DNA of 64,000 bases from Rhodanobacteraceae bacterium ZG21-1 (GTDB lineage Bacteria; Pseudomonadota; Gammaproteobacteria; Xanthomonadales; Rhodanobacteraceae). The position numbers were made by a program, and so were the translations under genes. Below the pieces are notes generated by a model. It saw only the letters and a list, made by a program, of their open reading frames with translations. It was not told the origin of the DNA and ran no database searches. The stretch is from assembly GCA_021390615.1 (NCBI GenBank), contig JAJEJU010000023.1:356686-420685 (forward strand). Direction: 5' to 3'. This document shows, piece by piece, positions 41,722 to 50,518 of this stretch. Numbering within the stretch: position 1 is the first letter of the stretch; each line of letters starts with the position of its first letter.

Positions 41722-42039
41722 ATGACCCATATTGCCGAGACGCTTTTTAAGAACAGGGAATCAACAGCGACACCCGCCTCAATAGCCGATCAACTCGGCA
41801 GGCTGGTCTGGCAGGGCGCAGATAACGGTGCCTCCATTCACAGAGCATTGGAAGGCTGGATCGAGCACGGCGACGAAGAGCGTGCGGCCATCGCAATCGC
41901 CTATGACGAGGCCCTGCTGTTTGGGTCTCTGGAGCAGATGATCGCGATGCTCGATCGTCTGGCCGTTCGGCTTCCCAGGCTACGAACTTCTATCGAATTC
42001 CGACGGAGCTGGCTCCAGGAGAATTTTTCCGGCCCCTGA
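41722..42039 (+). CDS. Hypothetical protein (island cargo)
   Basis: The ORF begins MTHIAETLFKNREST... with an AGGGAA ribosome-binding site. It has lower GC than the host and no motif. Confidence 0.4.
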   Translation: MTHIAETLFKNRESTATPASIADQLGRLVWQGADNGASIHRALEGWIEHGDEERAAIAIAYDEALLFGSLEQMIAMLDRLAVRLPRLRTSIEFRRSWLQENFSGP

Positions 42040-42094
42040 TCCCCGCCGTCAACCCGAAGCAGACATCACAAATATAGACTGGAGAGTCGTACGC

Positions 42095-42475
42095 ATGGCC
42101 TCGGACGAGATTCAAGCCTTGAAGTTGGCGCTCAGCGCCGCCTCCTCCCGTGGAGCCCCCCATCGCACTTCCTACTTCATTGCATCTAGTGATGACGAGT
42201 GGGTCGTTTATGTTGAGGCCTCACTGAGTTTCCGCATCAGTCAATCAACGGGAATGCTGATTCCCGACGATCAACGTCTGGATGCCGCCGAGGCACTGAG
42301 CATTGCTCGCGCCTATGCCGTCGATCATCAATTGAGATGGGAGCCGGCGTTTTCGCTCGAGCCGACACGCAGCGGTTGGAGAGTAGGAGCCCGCCAGAGT
42401 CAGTTCGGTGGGCAGCTCTCCATTGAGGTTTGCTCCGACGGTCGCGTCTTAGAGCATCGAGTGAACCCCAAGTAG
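42095..42475 (+). CDS. Hypothetical protein (island cargo)
   Basis: It is a 126-aa ORF with a GGAGAG ribosome-binding site and lower GC. Confidence 0.4.
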   Translation: MASDEIQALKLALSAASSRGAPHRTSYFIASSDDEWVVYVEASLSFRISQSTGMLIPDDQRLDAAEALSIARAYAVDHQLRWEPAFSLEPTRSGWRVGARQSQFGGQLSIEVCSDGRVLEHRVNPK

Positions 42476-42608
42476 TCAGTCCGACAGTTAGGGCGTCTGG
42501 AAGTGTTAGTTGCTCGGGTGGATAAGAACGCCAGGCGCGCTTCCGACCCGAAGCGTACAAGACCGAGATGTATCTTGATGGCCGATCAATCGAGCATGGA
42601 AATCGACG

Positions 42609-43079
42609 ATGGTGACGCAGTCTGAGGCCATTGCGGCCGTGGATCTGGCATTTGGCTCAACGCCCAAGCCCGATCACTTCACGAACTACACCCATTGCGA
42701 AGAGTGCGCCGAGCACGACGAGCTGCTTAGGAACCGCACCCGAGAAACGCTGGCCATCCAAGATGTCGGGAATCCCGGCTGGGAGCCGCTGTGCTTCTCA
42801 AGCCCTGAAGGCATCGCGTTCTACATGCCTTCGCTGGCTCGCCTGGCGTTTGCAGAGCCAGCTTATGGCTATGACTGGTACGGCGAGCAGTTGCTGTTCC
42901 ACCTCTATTCCGGTGGATTGAACAATGAGCTCTACATGTACTGCAACGCAAAGCAGAGAGAGGCCGTTGCAATCCTCATCGGGGCGATGATCGAGTTAAA
43001 ATTCGCTGACATCGAATCAAGTGCCAGCGAAGATGAGTTCCTCCGCGCGCACGAAATTTGGTCGTACGGTAGGTCTTGA
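42609..43079 (+). CDS. Hypothetical protein (island cargo)
   Basis: It is 156 aa and contains HCEECAEHDE. It has lower GC. Confidence 0.4.
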   Translation: MVTQSEAIAAVDLAFGSTPKPDHFTNYTHCEECAEHDELLRNRTRETLAIQDVGNPGWEPLCFSSPEGIAFYMPSLARLAFAEPAYGYDWYGEQLLFHLYSGGLNNELYMYCNAKQREAVAILIGAMIELKFADIESSASEDEFLRAHEIWSYGRS

Positions 43080-43204
43080 CGAGCAATCCATCTGGTTGCG
43101 GAACGTTCCTTTTGACTGCGCCTGCAGCCGGTCGGCGCAACACGCCATAGATACCTGTTGGCCAATATCAGCGACGTGGGGCATACATCACAACGAGACA
43201 CCGA

Positions 43205-43903
43205 GTGAAAGCCATCCTTGAAATCGCGCTCCTTCTCGGAGCCGCCATCTCCGCAGCCCACGCAAGCCCAGCGCCAACCAATCAGCCTCAGGTGGGGTAC
43301 CAGGTGCCGGCCTCCTGGAAACTGCTGAAGAACGGCGGTCCTGACGACAAGGATCGCACGGTGATGTACGAGGTCCTGAAAGGCGCAGATTCCGGCGATC
43401 ACCCCACCGTGATAATCAAGACCCACGCGGTACCGCCTGGCCTTCGCGCGGACGACGTCGATGTTGCCGAAGTAGCCCGACAGGTCGTTCCGTCCGGCGC
43501 ACCAGTCAGCGATGTCCACGACGGGCCGAATTGGAGAACCTGCGTCTTTCTCGGTCACGTCGACAACGCCAAGATCGTTGCTCTCTATCGCATCGGCCTG
43601 CAGGATGGCGAAGCCGTGGAGGCGGTGTTTATTTTCCCCCTGCCCAATGGCAAGCCCGAAGAGCTTGCCCTGCTGACCGTCGACGGTCAGGCTGACGAGC
43701 AGGGCCGGACAACCGGTGTCTACGCACCGCTGCAGAGCACGTACGAGATGATTTCGATATTCAACGATTTCACGAAGACGCTGACCATCAACGGCAAAAC
43801 GTCTTTCCACGCCAGGGCGGTCATGGCCAAACCAACGGAGAAGCCCACTGCGGTCTATCGCTGGATCGACTCCCCCGCCAGTTCAGCTTCTACCGGCGGC
43901 TGA
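43205..43903 (+). CDS. Secreted hypothetical protein (signal peptide)
   Basis: It has an N-terminal signal peptide MKAILEIALLLGAAISAAHA with an AHA-SPA cleavage context. It is 232 aa with no motif. Confidence 0.5.
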   Translation: MKAILEIALLLGAAISAAHASPAPTNQPQVGYQVPASWKLLKNGGPDDKDRTVMYEVLKGADSGDHPTVIIKTHAVPPGLRADDVDVAEVARQVVPSGAPVSDVHDGPNWRTCVFLGHVDNAKIVALYRIGLQDGEAVEAVFIFPLPNGKPEELALLTVDGQADEQGRTTGVYAPLQSTYEMISIFNDFTKTLTINGKTSFHARAVMAKPTEKPTAVYRWIDSPASSASTGG

Positions 43904-43969
43904 TCCTTGTCCTCAACGCTTACGATACCCGCGGCCATTTAATACACCGCCGTGGCGAGAGACTCGACC

Positions 43970-44404
43970 ATGATTCCTAGTGACATCGCTGAAGAACTGA
44001 CGCTTCGCTTCTCCGAAGCGTCGAAGGAATGCGACAGATCGCTTCGGGTGGTGATGACTCACCAAAGCCTGGGCGAAGTGAAGGTTCTTGGCAAACTGGT
44101 GGCCGACTTCATGGGGCACAGCTATCTGAACATACTCAAGCCCATCTGGGCTGCTCATCCAGAGCTCGAACCGATAGAAATGAAGGCGCCCTATAAGCCA
44201 CCTGTGGCGGAGCTCGCTCCCGAATCACGTGAGGCGCTTCAAGCGTTCCTGGCGGCAGCCCGATCCAGCATCGAACTTGCGAAGCAGCATATTCCCGAGG
44301 ATGAGCAGAAATCCTTATTTGCCTACGGCGGCATGGATGAAGTCGTCAAGGCTACCGAGGCGATCGCGGACTTCTTGGCGAACCCGCGCTTTCGGGACTC
44401 ATGA
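43970..44404 (+). CDS. Hypothetical protein (island cargo)
   Basis: It begins MIPSDIAEELTLRFSEASKECDRSL... and is helical. It has lower GC. Confidence 0.4.
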   Translation: MIPSDIAEELTLRFSEASKECDRSLRVVMTHQSLGEVKVLGKLVADFMGHSYLNILKPIWAAHPELEPIEMKAPYKPPVAELAPESREALQAFLAAARSSIELAKQHIPEDEQKSLFAYGGMDEVVKATEAIADFLANPRFRDS

Positions 44405-44461
44405 CGACGCACAGCCATGTCCGTTTCGTCCCAATGCGGAGAGGCTTCAAAAGGGAATGAC

Positions 44462-44740
44462 ATGACCGGCCACAACGACAGCCAGCTGATGGATCAGGGA
44501 AAGCACTTATTGGGCTCGACACTCACACATCGAGCATGGACGCCGGCGCATGCCGATGAGGATCATGACCATTGCACGCTGTGCTGGGCCAAATTTTCGA
44601 ATCTCGGCGCTCCGCGCGAGCTGAAGTCTGGATTTTGTACCTCGGACGGCCAGCACTGGGTTTGCCGGGAGTGCGTGGACCATTTCAAGGCCCGCTTTCG
44701 GTGGCTACTGGTCGACGCCATGGATGTGCGCGCTTCTTGA
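44462..44740 (+). CDS. Small Cys/His-rich (zinc-ribbon-like) hypothetical protein
   Basis: HDHCTLCWAKF...CTSDGQHWVCRECVDHF suggests a C4/C2H2-type metal site. An AAGGGAATGAC ribosome-binding site lies upstream of the ATG at 44462. Confidence 0.4.
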   Translation: MTGHNDSQLMDQGKHLLGSTLTHRAWTPAHADEDHDHCTLCWAKFSNLGAPRELKSGFCTSDGQHWVCRECVDHFKARFRWLLVDAMDVRAS

Positions 44741-45547
44741 GCTGTCCGCTTCCGCCCCGATGCAGACCCTGGCGATCACTTTGAAGCACATGAACGGACT
44801 GGCTGAACCCTTGGTTCGCGGCCATAGATCTGTCTTGAGCCGTTGTACTGGCGCAGGAACGTAGATAGCCATCAAGGCCCGATGGGTGATGCCTCGCATG
44901 GCGGGCCGGCCGAACCCATCGCGTGCGGCCGTGGTGGCGGCGCCTCCATTGAATGGATGAACAGCACCGCGCAAGTAGCGAACGCGCCGCTTACTTGAAG
45001 CAAGCCCCAGCAACGACGCCCCTGACCGGCCGGCGCCCGCGCTCATGCATCACTGGAAGCATGGCTCATGAAGGTCATGGTGCCGCAACATCAGGCTGCC
45101 AACCTTCCGATCGTTGTGGGATGGCGCTGTCGGTGATCGGCGAGCCTGTCTTCGCTCGCGTCCCGATGCGCCCCGGATCAGATCCGTCTCCGCATGCAGT
45201 TCTTCTTCTCTACCGTGCTCAGACTGAAGCGCGCACGCCGGAAGCGCAGCTCCTCTCGCGCCATCTTTGCCAGGGCATCTTCCACAGGCAAGCCCGCCAG
45301 CGCGGAGCCGGAATGCACCAGCCGATATCCGTCGAGATTCACGATCCAGCGCTTCACTGCTCGCGCGTGAAGGCTGCAGAACATTGGAGTGCGCTAAGCT
45401 TGAGGCTGGATGAAGTTCATCGCGAGGGGATCCCGGCCATACGAATTGAAATTATTTCGATGCGTTCTTTGCATTGAAAACCGGGATCGCGTCCAATTGC
45501 ATTAGATTAATCAGGCCAAGCTCTTTGATTTCCCAAGAGGATAAATC

Positions 45548-45898
45548 ATGTCCGAAACTCCACTACCGCCCGTACCGGCGGCACTCCGTGAAGCACTCAA
45601 GAACTATCCGGAATACCTGAGCCGCTTGCAAGATACGCTTAATACCCTGATTCGCGAACCAGCCCCTGGCGTCGATCCTTTTGAGCGGGCAGTCTGGCTG
45701 CTGGACGGCCAAATCGAGGCCTTCTATCACGAAGCGCAATCCGAACTGAATGCCGCCCGGGCCGGCGGAGATGCCAGGACTGTCGAAGCCGCAAAAGCCA
45801 AATCCACGTTAATGATACAAGCCGGCTCAAAAGCTTCGTGGATTGCAGATAAAGACCTTTCAGACTATATCCGCGACCACCGGAGGGCATTCTCATGA
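45548..45898 (+). CDS. Putative epsilon-like antitoxin of zeta-toxin TA pair
   Basis: It is a 116-aa helical protein. Its stop overlaps the toxin start (TCATGAGT, ATGA coupling). It has an AGAGGA ribosome-binding site, and its upstream region has TTGCATT direct repeats. Confidence 0.5.
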   Translation: MSETPLPPVPAALREALKNYPEYLSRLQDTLNTLIREPAPGVDPFERAVWLLDGQIEAFYHEAQSELNAARAGGDARTVEAAKAKSTLMIQAGSKASWIADKDLSDYIRDHRRAFS

Positions 45899-47196
45899 GT
45901 CTTGTCGGAGAGATACTCCCGGTTGACCCGATGGAACGCATGAGGAAGTCGCGTCTTCCGGAGGAAGAGCACAGGCAGGTTTTCAGGGATCAAGTCCTGA
46001 ATTCAAGCGGATTTCCGCAGGCCCAAAAAGTAGATGAAAGCAGCCAGCCCAAGGTCATCATCCTGGCCGGACAACCTGGCGCCGGCAAGGGCAACCTTAC
46101 GGCTGCCGCACAGTCCGAGCTTGCATCCAAGGGAGGAGCGGTAACCATCGATCCGGATGAGCTTCGGCGATTTCACACCAACGTTGAAACATTCCGCGAG
46201 AAAAGCCCTTATACGTGGGCGGACGACACTCAGCTGGATGCAAGCGCCTGGGCCAAGTCTCTACGCGACGAAGCCATCAATGGCAGGAAGAATGTCATTC
46301 TGGACACCACGCTCGGCGAGCAGCAAAAGGCCATTGAACTGGTCGAAATGTTTCAGAAAAAGGGCTATGCGGTCGAAATACGAGCGATGGCCGTACCACA
46401 GAGCGAGAGTGAGCTCGGCGTCGACAAGCGCTTCACTGACGGCCTCGTCAGAGAAGGCTTTGGTCGTTATGTGCCGGAAAAGCTCCGGGACGACGTCTAT
46501 AAAAACCTGCCGTCCGTCCTCGACGCCGTACATGACGAATCGCTGAAACCGGAAAGTCGCTTCAAAGAAGCTATCAAAATTAGCGTTTATGACCGCGGAA
46601 GCTTTGAGGCAGACCGCCTTCACCCAACGCCTCGATATAGCCAGATAGCCACCGAGGCTCGTGATGACAAACCTGGCCAGGCCATGGACAAGGTCCGCAC
46701 GGATCGAATGAATGACCCGCAGGTCGCAAGCCAACTCAGAGATGGCTGGGCGGCTCAAAAAGATTGGCATGCAAAACTAGAAACCAACCTGCCGACCTTT
46801 GATAAGGTCAAGCAGGATTCCAGAGCTCCCTTACTCCAGGAATTGGCTCTGGAAAAGGTGGCCGACAGTGTCAACAGGCGCTTTGAAGAAGCCGAGAGGC
46901 ATCTTTCCTCCGTGAAGGAAAGGCAATCACCATCAGAAAGCCCATCGCAACCCAAGAACGAACTGCTGGAAAGAGTTCAAAACATGAGGGAATCGATGCA
47001 GAGCGGCCATTCGGTCTCTGTGAGCGACATTCATGGCCTTGTCGATCCCGTGCAGGGAGCGCAACTGCATAGTCAATCTCAGAGCGCCGTGGATTTGCAG
47101 CAAACCCTTTCAAAGCCAAGTCCGGATCGTTCGCAGACGCCCGAAGTTCACGTAACGCCGGAAACCCCGAAAGATCAGTCGAATGTTCGCAAGTGA
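45895..47196 (+). CDS. Zeta-toxin family P-loop kinase (PezT/zeta-like) with long C-terminal extension
   Basis: A Walker A motif (ILAGQPGAGKGNLT) is followed by TIDPDELRRFH (catalytic Asp context) and VILDTTLG, matching the zeta/PezT UDP-GlcNAc kinase core (about 270 aa). An additional ~160-aa S/Q/E-rich low-complexity tail follows. It has lower GC. Confidence 0.7.
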   Translation: MSLVGEILPVDPMERMRKSRLPEEEHRQVFRDQVLNSSGFPQAQKVDESSQPKVIILAGQPGAGKGNLTAAAQSELASKGGAVTIDPDELRRFHTNVETFREKSPYTWADDTQLDASAWAKSLRDEAINGRKNVILDTTLGEQQKAIELVEMFQKKGYAVEIRAMAVPQSESELGVDKRFTDGLVREGFGRYVPEKLRDDVYKNLPSVLDAVHDESLKPESRFKEAIKISVYDRGSFEADRLHPTPRYSQIATEARDDKPGQAMDKVRTDRMNDPQVASQLRDGWAAQKDWHAKLETNLPTFDKVKQDSRAPLLQELALEKVADSVNRRFEEAERHLSSVKERQSPSESPSQPKNELLERVQNMRESMQSGHSVSVSDIHGLVDPVQGAQLHSQSQSAVDLQQTLSKPSPDRSQTPEVHVTPETPKDQSNVRK

Positions 47197-47958
47197 TCCA
47201 TAGGATTCAGTGACCATTGGGCGCGCGGAGATCTTCCGCGCGCCGCTTTCATCTATGCAGTGCTCTCTTTGACCGCAAGGCTTTTGAGCTGCACTCGAAG
47301 CCGAGCCGCCTTGGGCGGAAATTTTCGTCCGGATTTAAGCCAGCTGCGAGATCCGCCGCCCACTGCCTGGATCAAGTCGCGCTGCGCCTGGCGGCTCGCC
47401 CCGGGCGAGGATTCCGGCTCGTCTTCAGTGGATATCAACGGATCGAGCGAGCATCGCGCTCGAACTCGCATGGATGCCCAGATCGTGCCCGACCGTTCTT
47501 TCCAACCTGGGCAGGACCGTTCGGCCGGACGGCGGCAACCATCGCCCATGAAATCGCCGATGAATATGCCGCTGCCCTGCCGATCCCATCTCTGTGCGAA
47601 AGCGGCGCCCAACCCCAGCAAGGCCAGAACCGCAGCGAGTACCGATGCCAGGCCCGATTGGCGGTGCCGGCCGGCGCGGTTCAACCGGCTTGCCGGCAGC
47701 ATGCTGTCTTGCACAGTTAGCCGCGACGATTGCGGCGAGACTTTCGCCCAGGCGGAGCGCTGCATCCTCGATCTCCGCGACCAGGGGGTTCGCCGACATG
47801 CACACCGACGATGCACGATCCGGGACTCGCTGCCTGTGCGCGGCATTTGCCGCCGCGCCACGGCACCACAACACGTGCCGTGTATCGGCCCAGCCAAGCG
47901 CATCGTCCTCGGCGCGCCTGGCGCTGACTCCGCCCCCGACCTGTCCGTCGCCGATCCG

Positions 47959-49122
47959 ATGACACATGCTCCCCGCATCGCCATCGTCGGCGCCGGCCCC
48001 GGTGGCTTGACCCTGGCCTGCATGCTGCAGCAGGCCGGGCACTCCTTCACCCTGTTCGAGCTAGACGGCCACGCCCAGGCACGCCCGCAAGGCGGCACGC
48101 TCGACCTGGACCAGGAGATGGGACAGCTTGCGCTTCAACGCGCCGGGCTGATGGCCGCATTCCGTCGCCGGGCAAGGTACGAGGACCAGGAAACCCGTCT
48201 TTTCGACAAGACCGGCAAGCTGCTGTTCGAAGACTGCGGCGCGCCCAGCGACGAACGTCCCGAAATCGATCGGGCGCAACTGCGCGAACTGCTGCTGGAG
48301 GGCTTGCCGGAAGCCTCGATCCGGTGGAACCACAAGCTCCGCGAAGTATTGCCTCGCGCCGACGGCAAGTACGACCTGGTGTTCGACAAGGGCGTCTGCG
48401 ACGGCTTCGACCTGGTCGTCGGCGCCGACGGCACCTGGTCGCGCGTGCGTCCGCTGGTTTCTTCGTATAGCCCGCAGTACACCGGCGTCACCTTCATCGA
48501 ATTCGGCATAGACGATGCGGATCGCCGGCACCCGGCGCTGGCCCGCGTGGTAGGCCACGGAACGATGTCCGTGCTGGGAGACGGCATGGGCCTGTTCGCC
48601 CAACGCAACGCCGACGCCCATCTGCGCGTCTACGCGACCTTCCGCGCGCCCAAGGAATGGGCCAGCAGCACCTTCGACTTTTCCCGCCCGGCCTCGGTGC
48701 TGGCCGAGCTCAAGGCGCAATGCAGCGGATGGGCGCCGCTATGGCATGCGCTGATCGACGCCGGCAACGATCAGCTGCAGGCCCGCCGGATCTTCGCCCT
48801 GCCGGTAGGGCATCACTGGCTGCATCGACCAGGCATCACCCTGCTCGGCGACGCCGCCCACGTCATGTCGCCCTATGGAGGCAACGGGGTGAACATCGCC
48901 ATGTTCGATGCCGCCGAACTGGGCAGGCGATTGACCGAGCAGGCGGACTGGTCGGCGGCCGTCCAGGCCTACGAGCGCGACATGTTCGAACGTGCCCGCC
49001 CCTATGCGCTGTTCGCGGCCGAAGGCGTGGCGATCGCGCTCTCGCCGGCTTATCTGAAGCACGAAATCGACGCCCTGGAGAGAAGGCGCGCACGGCGAGC
49101 GGAACCGAGCACGCCGGCCTGA
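47959..49122 (+). CDS. FAD-dependent monooxygenase (TetX/UbiH-like flavin hydroxylase)
   Basis: It has a GxGxxG Rossmann motif (RIAIVGAGPGGLTLACML), DGxxS (VVGADGTWSRVR) and a C-terminal GDAAH motif (LLGDAAHVMSPYGGNGVN). It is convergent with the NRPS-PKS operon end. The start was reset to the ATG at 47959 inside the track ORF 47260..49122. Confidence 0.85.
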   Translation: MTHAPRIAIVGAGPGGLTLACMLQQAGHSFTLFELDGHAQARPQGGTLDLDQEMGQLALQRAGLMAAFRRRARYEDQETRLFDKTGKLLFEDCGAPSDERPEIDRAQLRELLLEGLPEASIRWNHKLREVLPRADGKYDLVFDKGVCDGFDLVVGADGTWSRVRPLVSSYSPQYTGVTFIEFGIDDADRRHPALARVVGHGTMSVLGDGMGLFAQRNADAHLRVYATFRAPKEWASSTFDFSRPASVLAELKAQCSGWAPLWHALIDAGNDQLQARRIFALPVGHHWLHRPGITLLGDAAHVMSPYGGNGVNIAMFDAAELGRRLTEQADWSAAVQAYERDMFERARPYALFAAEGVAIALSPAYLKHEIDALERRRARRAEPSTPA

Positions 49123-49257
49123 ACTTCGCCGCCCAGCGACCTGCCCGCGCGCAGCAGACTCGAACGTCAGACCTCGCCCACGTCGGACCGCCGCGGCGGG
49201 CCGACACCTACGCCGCTTCCATCCGCGACGATCGATCAAGCGGAAGCGATCCGGCGC

Positions 49258-50511
49258 TCAGCTTGTCCGGGTCGCCTCCACCGGCGATACGCGCGAGGCG
49301 CGCATGGCCGGCGCCAATACCGCGCCCTGCCCCAGCAGCAGCAGCAGCAGCATGCCCAGCAGGACGTAAAGCGGAGACAGGCGCTTCATCTCGAAGGCGC
49401 CCATCATCCATTGGTTGAGTCCGACGGCCAGCAGGGCGCCGACGATCACGCCGCCCGCACTGATCAGGAAATTCTCCAGCAGGAAGTAATGCAGGATGCT
49501 CTGCTGAGTCGCTCCCAAGGCGCGGCGCACGCCGATCTGCTTGCGGCGCTGGCCGACCCAGAAACTGGTCAGGCCCACGATGCCGGCTGCCGTCACGATC
49601 AGCAGCACGGCGCTGACGGCGCCCATGAAGGTGGCGATGCCGATATCGGTCTTGTAAGCCTGCGCGCGCACCTCGGCGAATGTACGCACACCGCGGCGGT
49701 CCGGGATCACCCGCATGCGATTGGTGCGGAACAGCGCCTGCGGCACGCTCTTGCTGATCGCTTCCAGTTGGCCCGGCTGCGCCCGCACCAGATAGACATT
49801 GCGCTCGTCGGTAAGCTGGATCGGCGTCAACACGACATAGTCGCTGAATGCGTCGGTCCAGCTGCCGGGCCAAGGCACCTGCAGCTGCTCGACCACGCCG
49901 ATCACCGTGCTCGGCGTGCCGTTCTTGATCAGATAAATCGACTTGCCGAGGATGCTGCCGCCCGGATACAGGCGATCCGCAAGCGCCTTCGTGACGATCA
50001 CCGCCGGCGTGGGAACGAAGGTCTTGGAGTCGGCAGTGGCCACTTCGTCCGAGCGGAAATTGCGCCCTTCCAGCAGCCTGGCCCCCAGCGTCGCCAATGC
50101 ATGATCGTCGGTGGAGTACTGGGCCGCCCTGGTGATCGCCTTGTCGGTCGCCGGGTCCAGCCTTACGCCGGTCACCCGCCCGCCCACTCGCAGCGGAAAG
50201 GAATCGCTGAGCGTCGCGTCGCGCACGCCGGGCAGCTGGCGAATCGCCGCCAGGTCGGTGCGGATCAGCGCAGGCACGGCGTCGTTGCTGGCGCCGACCC
50301 AGCTGTTCTCGATCGCCAGCAGGCCGCTTTCTTCCACCCCGGAGGGGCGCGATATCCGATCGACCCGCTGCTTGATGATAAACAGGGCGTTGCAGACGAC
50401 CGCCAGGGTCAAGGCGATCTGCAAAGTGATGAGAATGGTGCCGGCCTTGTGCTTGCGCAGCGCGGCAAGGATCGGCTCGATCTGCAGGGTCACGGTTTGC
50501 CAGGTCATCAA
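49258..50511 (-). CDS. FtsX-like ABC transporter permease (MacB/LolCE-type topology)
   Basis: It has an N-terminal transmembrane helix (ILITLQIALTLAVVCNALFII), a large periplasmic domain and three C-terminal transmembrane helices with a conserved RRALGAT segment (RKQIGVRRALGATQQSIL). Confidence 0.8.
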   Translation of the reverse strand: MMTWQTVTLQIEPILAALRKHKAGTILITLQIALTLAVVCNALFIIKQRVDRISRPSGVEESGLLAIENSWVGASNDAVPALIRTDLAAIRQLPGVRDATLSDSFPLRVGGRVTGVRLDPATDKAITRAAQYSTDDHALATLGARLLEGRNFRSDEVATADSKTFVPTPAVIVTKALADRLYPGGSILGKSIYLIKNGTPSTVIGVVEQLQVPWPGSWTDAFSDYVVLTPIQLTDERNVYLVRAQPGQLEAISKSVPQALFRTNRMRVIPDRRGVRTFAEVRAQAYKTDIGIATFMGAVSAVLLIVTAAGIVGLTSFWVGQRRKQIGVRRALGATQQSILHYFLLENFLISAGGVIVGALLAVGLNQWMMGAFEMKRLSPLYVLLGMLLLLLLGQGAVLAPAMRASRVSPVEATRTS

Positions 50512-50518
50512 CGCATCC

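Larger units (their letters stand above)
41293..47215. mobile_element. Putative tRNA-associated genomic island (lower-GC cargo segment; no integrase seen)
   Basis: GC content drops abruptly immediately 3' of the tRNA. There are A/T-rich stretches such as TTGTGTTTGAATGAACTGCC and GAATATGACCCATATTG. Host-like high GC resumes around 47.2 kb. The segment holds only hypothetical ORFs plus a zeta-toxin TA pair. No direct repeat of the tRNA 3' end was found by eye. Confidence 0.45.

Noticed and set aside
44741-45547. Possible integrase or small ORFs (44953..45477 plus, 45178..45384 minus) in the island gap
   Set aside because: There are no tyrosine-recombinase R..HxxR..Y motifs, no ribosome-binding site, and the frames conflict. 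The region is left as unannotated and may be a gene remnant.
47217-48098. ORFs 47217..47720 (plus) and 47253..48098 (minus) upstream of the monooxygenase
   Set aside because: They have no motifs. They overlap the well-supported monooxygenase start region and are low-complexity. They are possibly a decayed regulator, but not callable.
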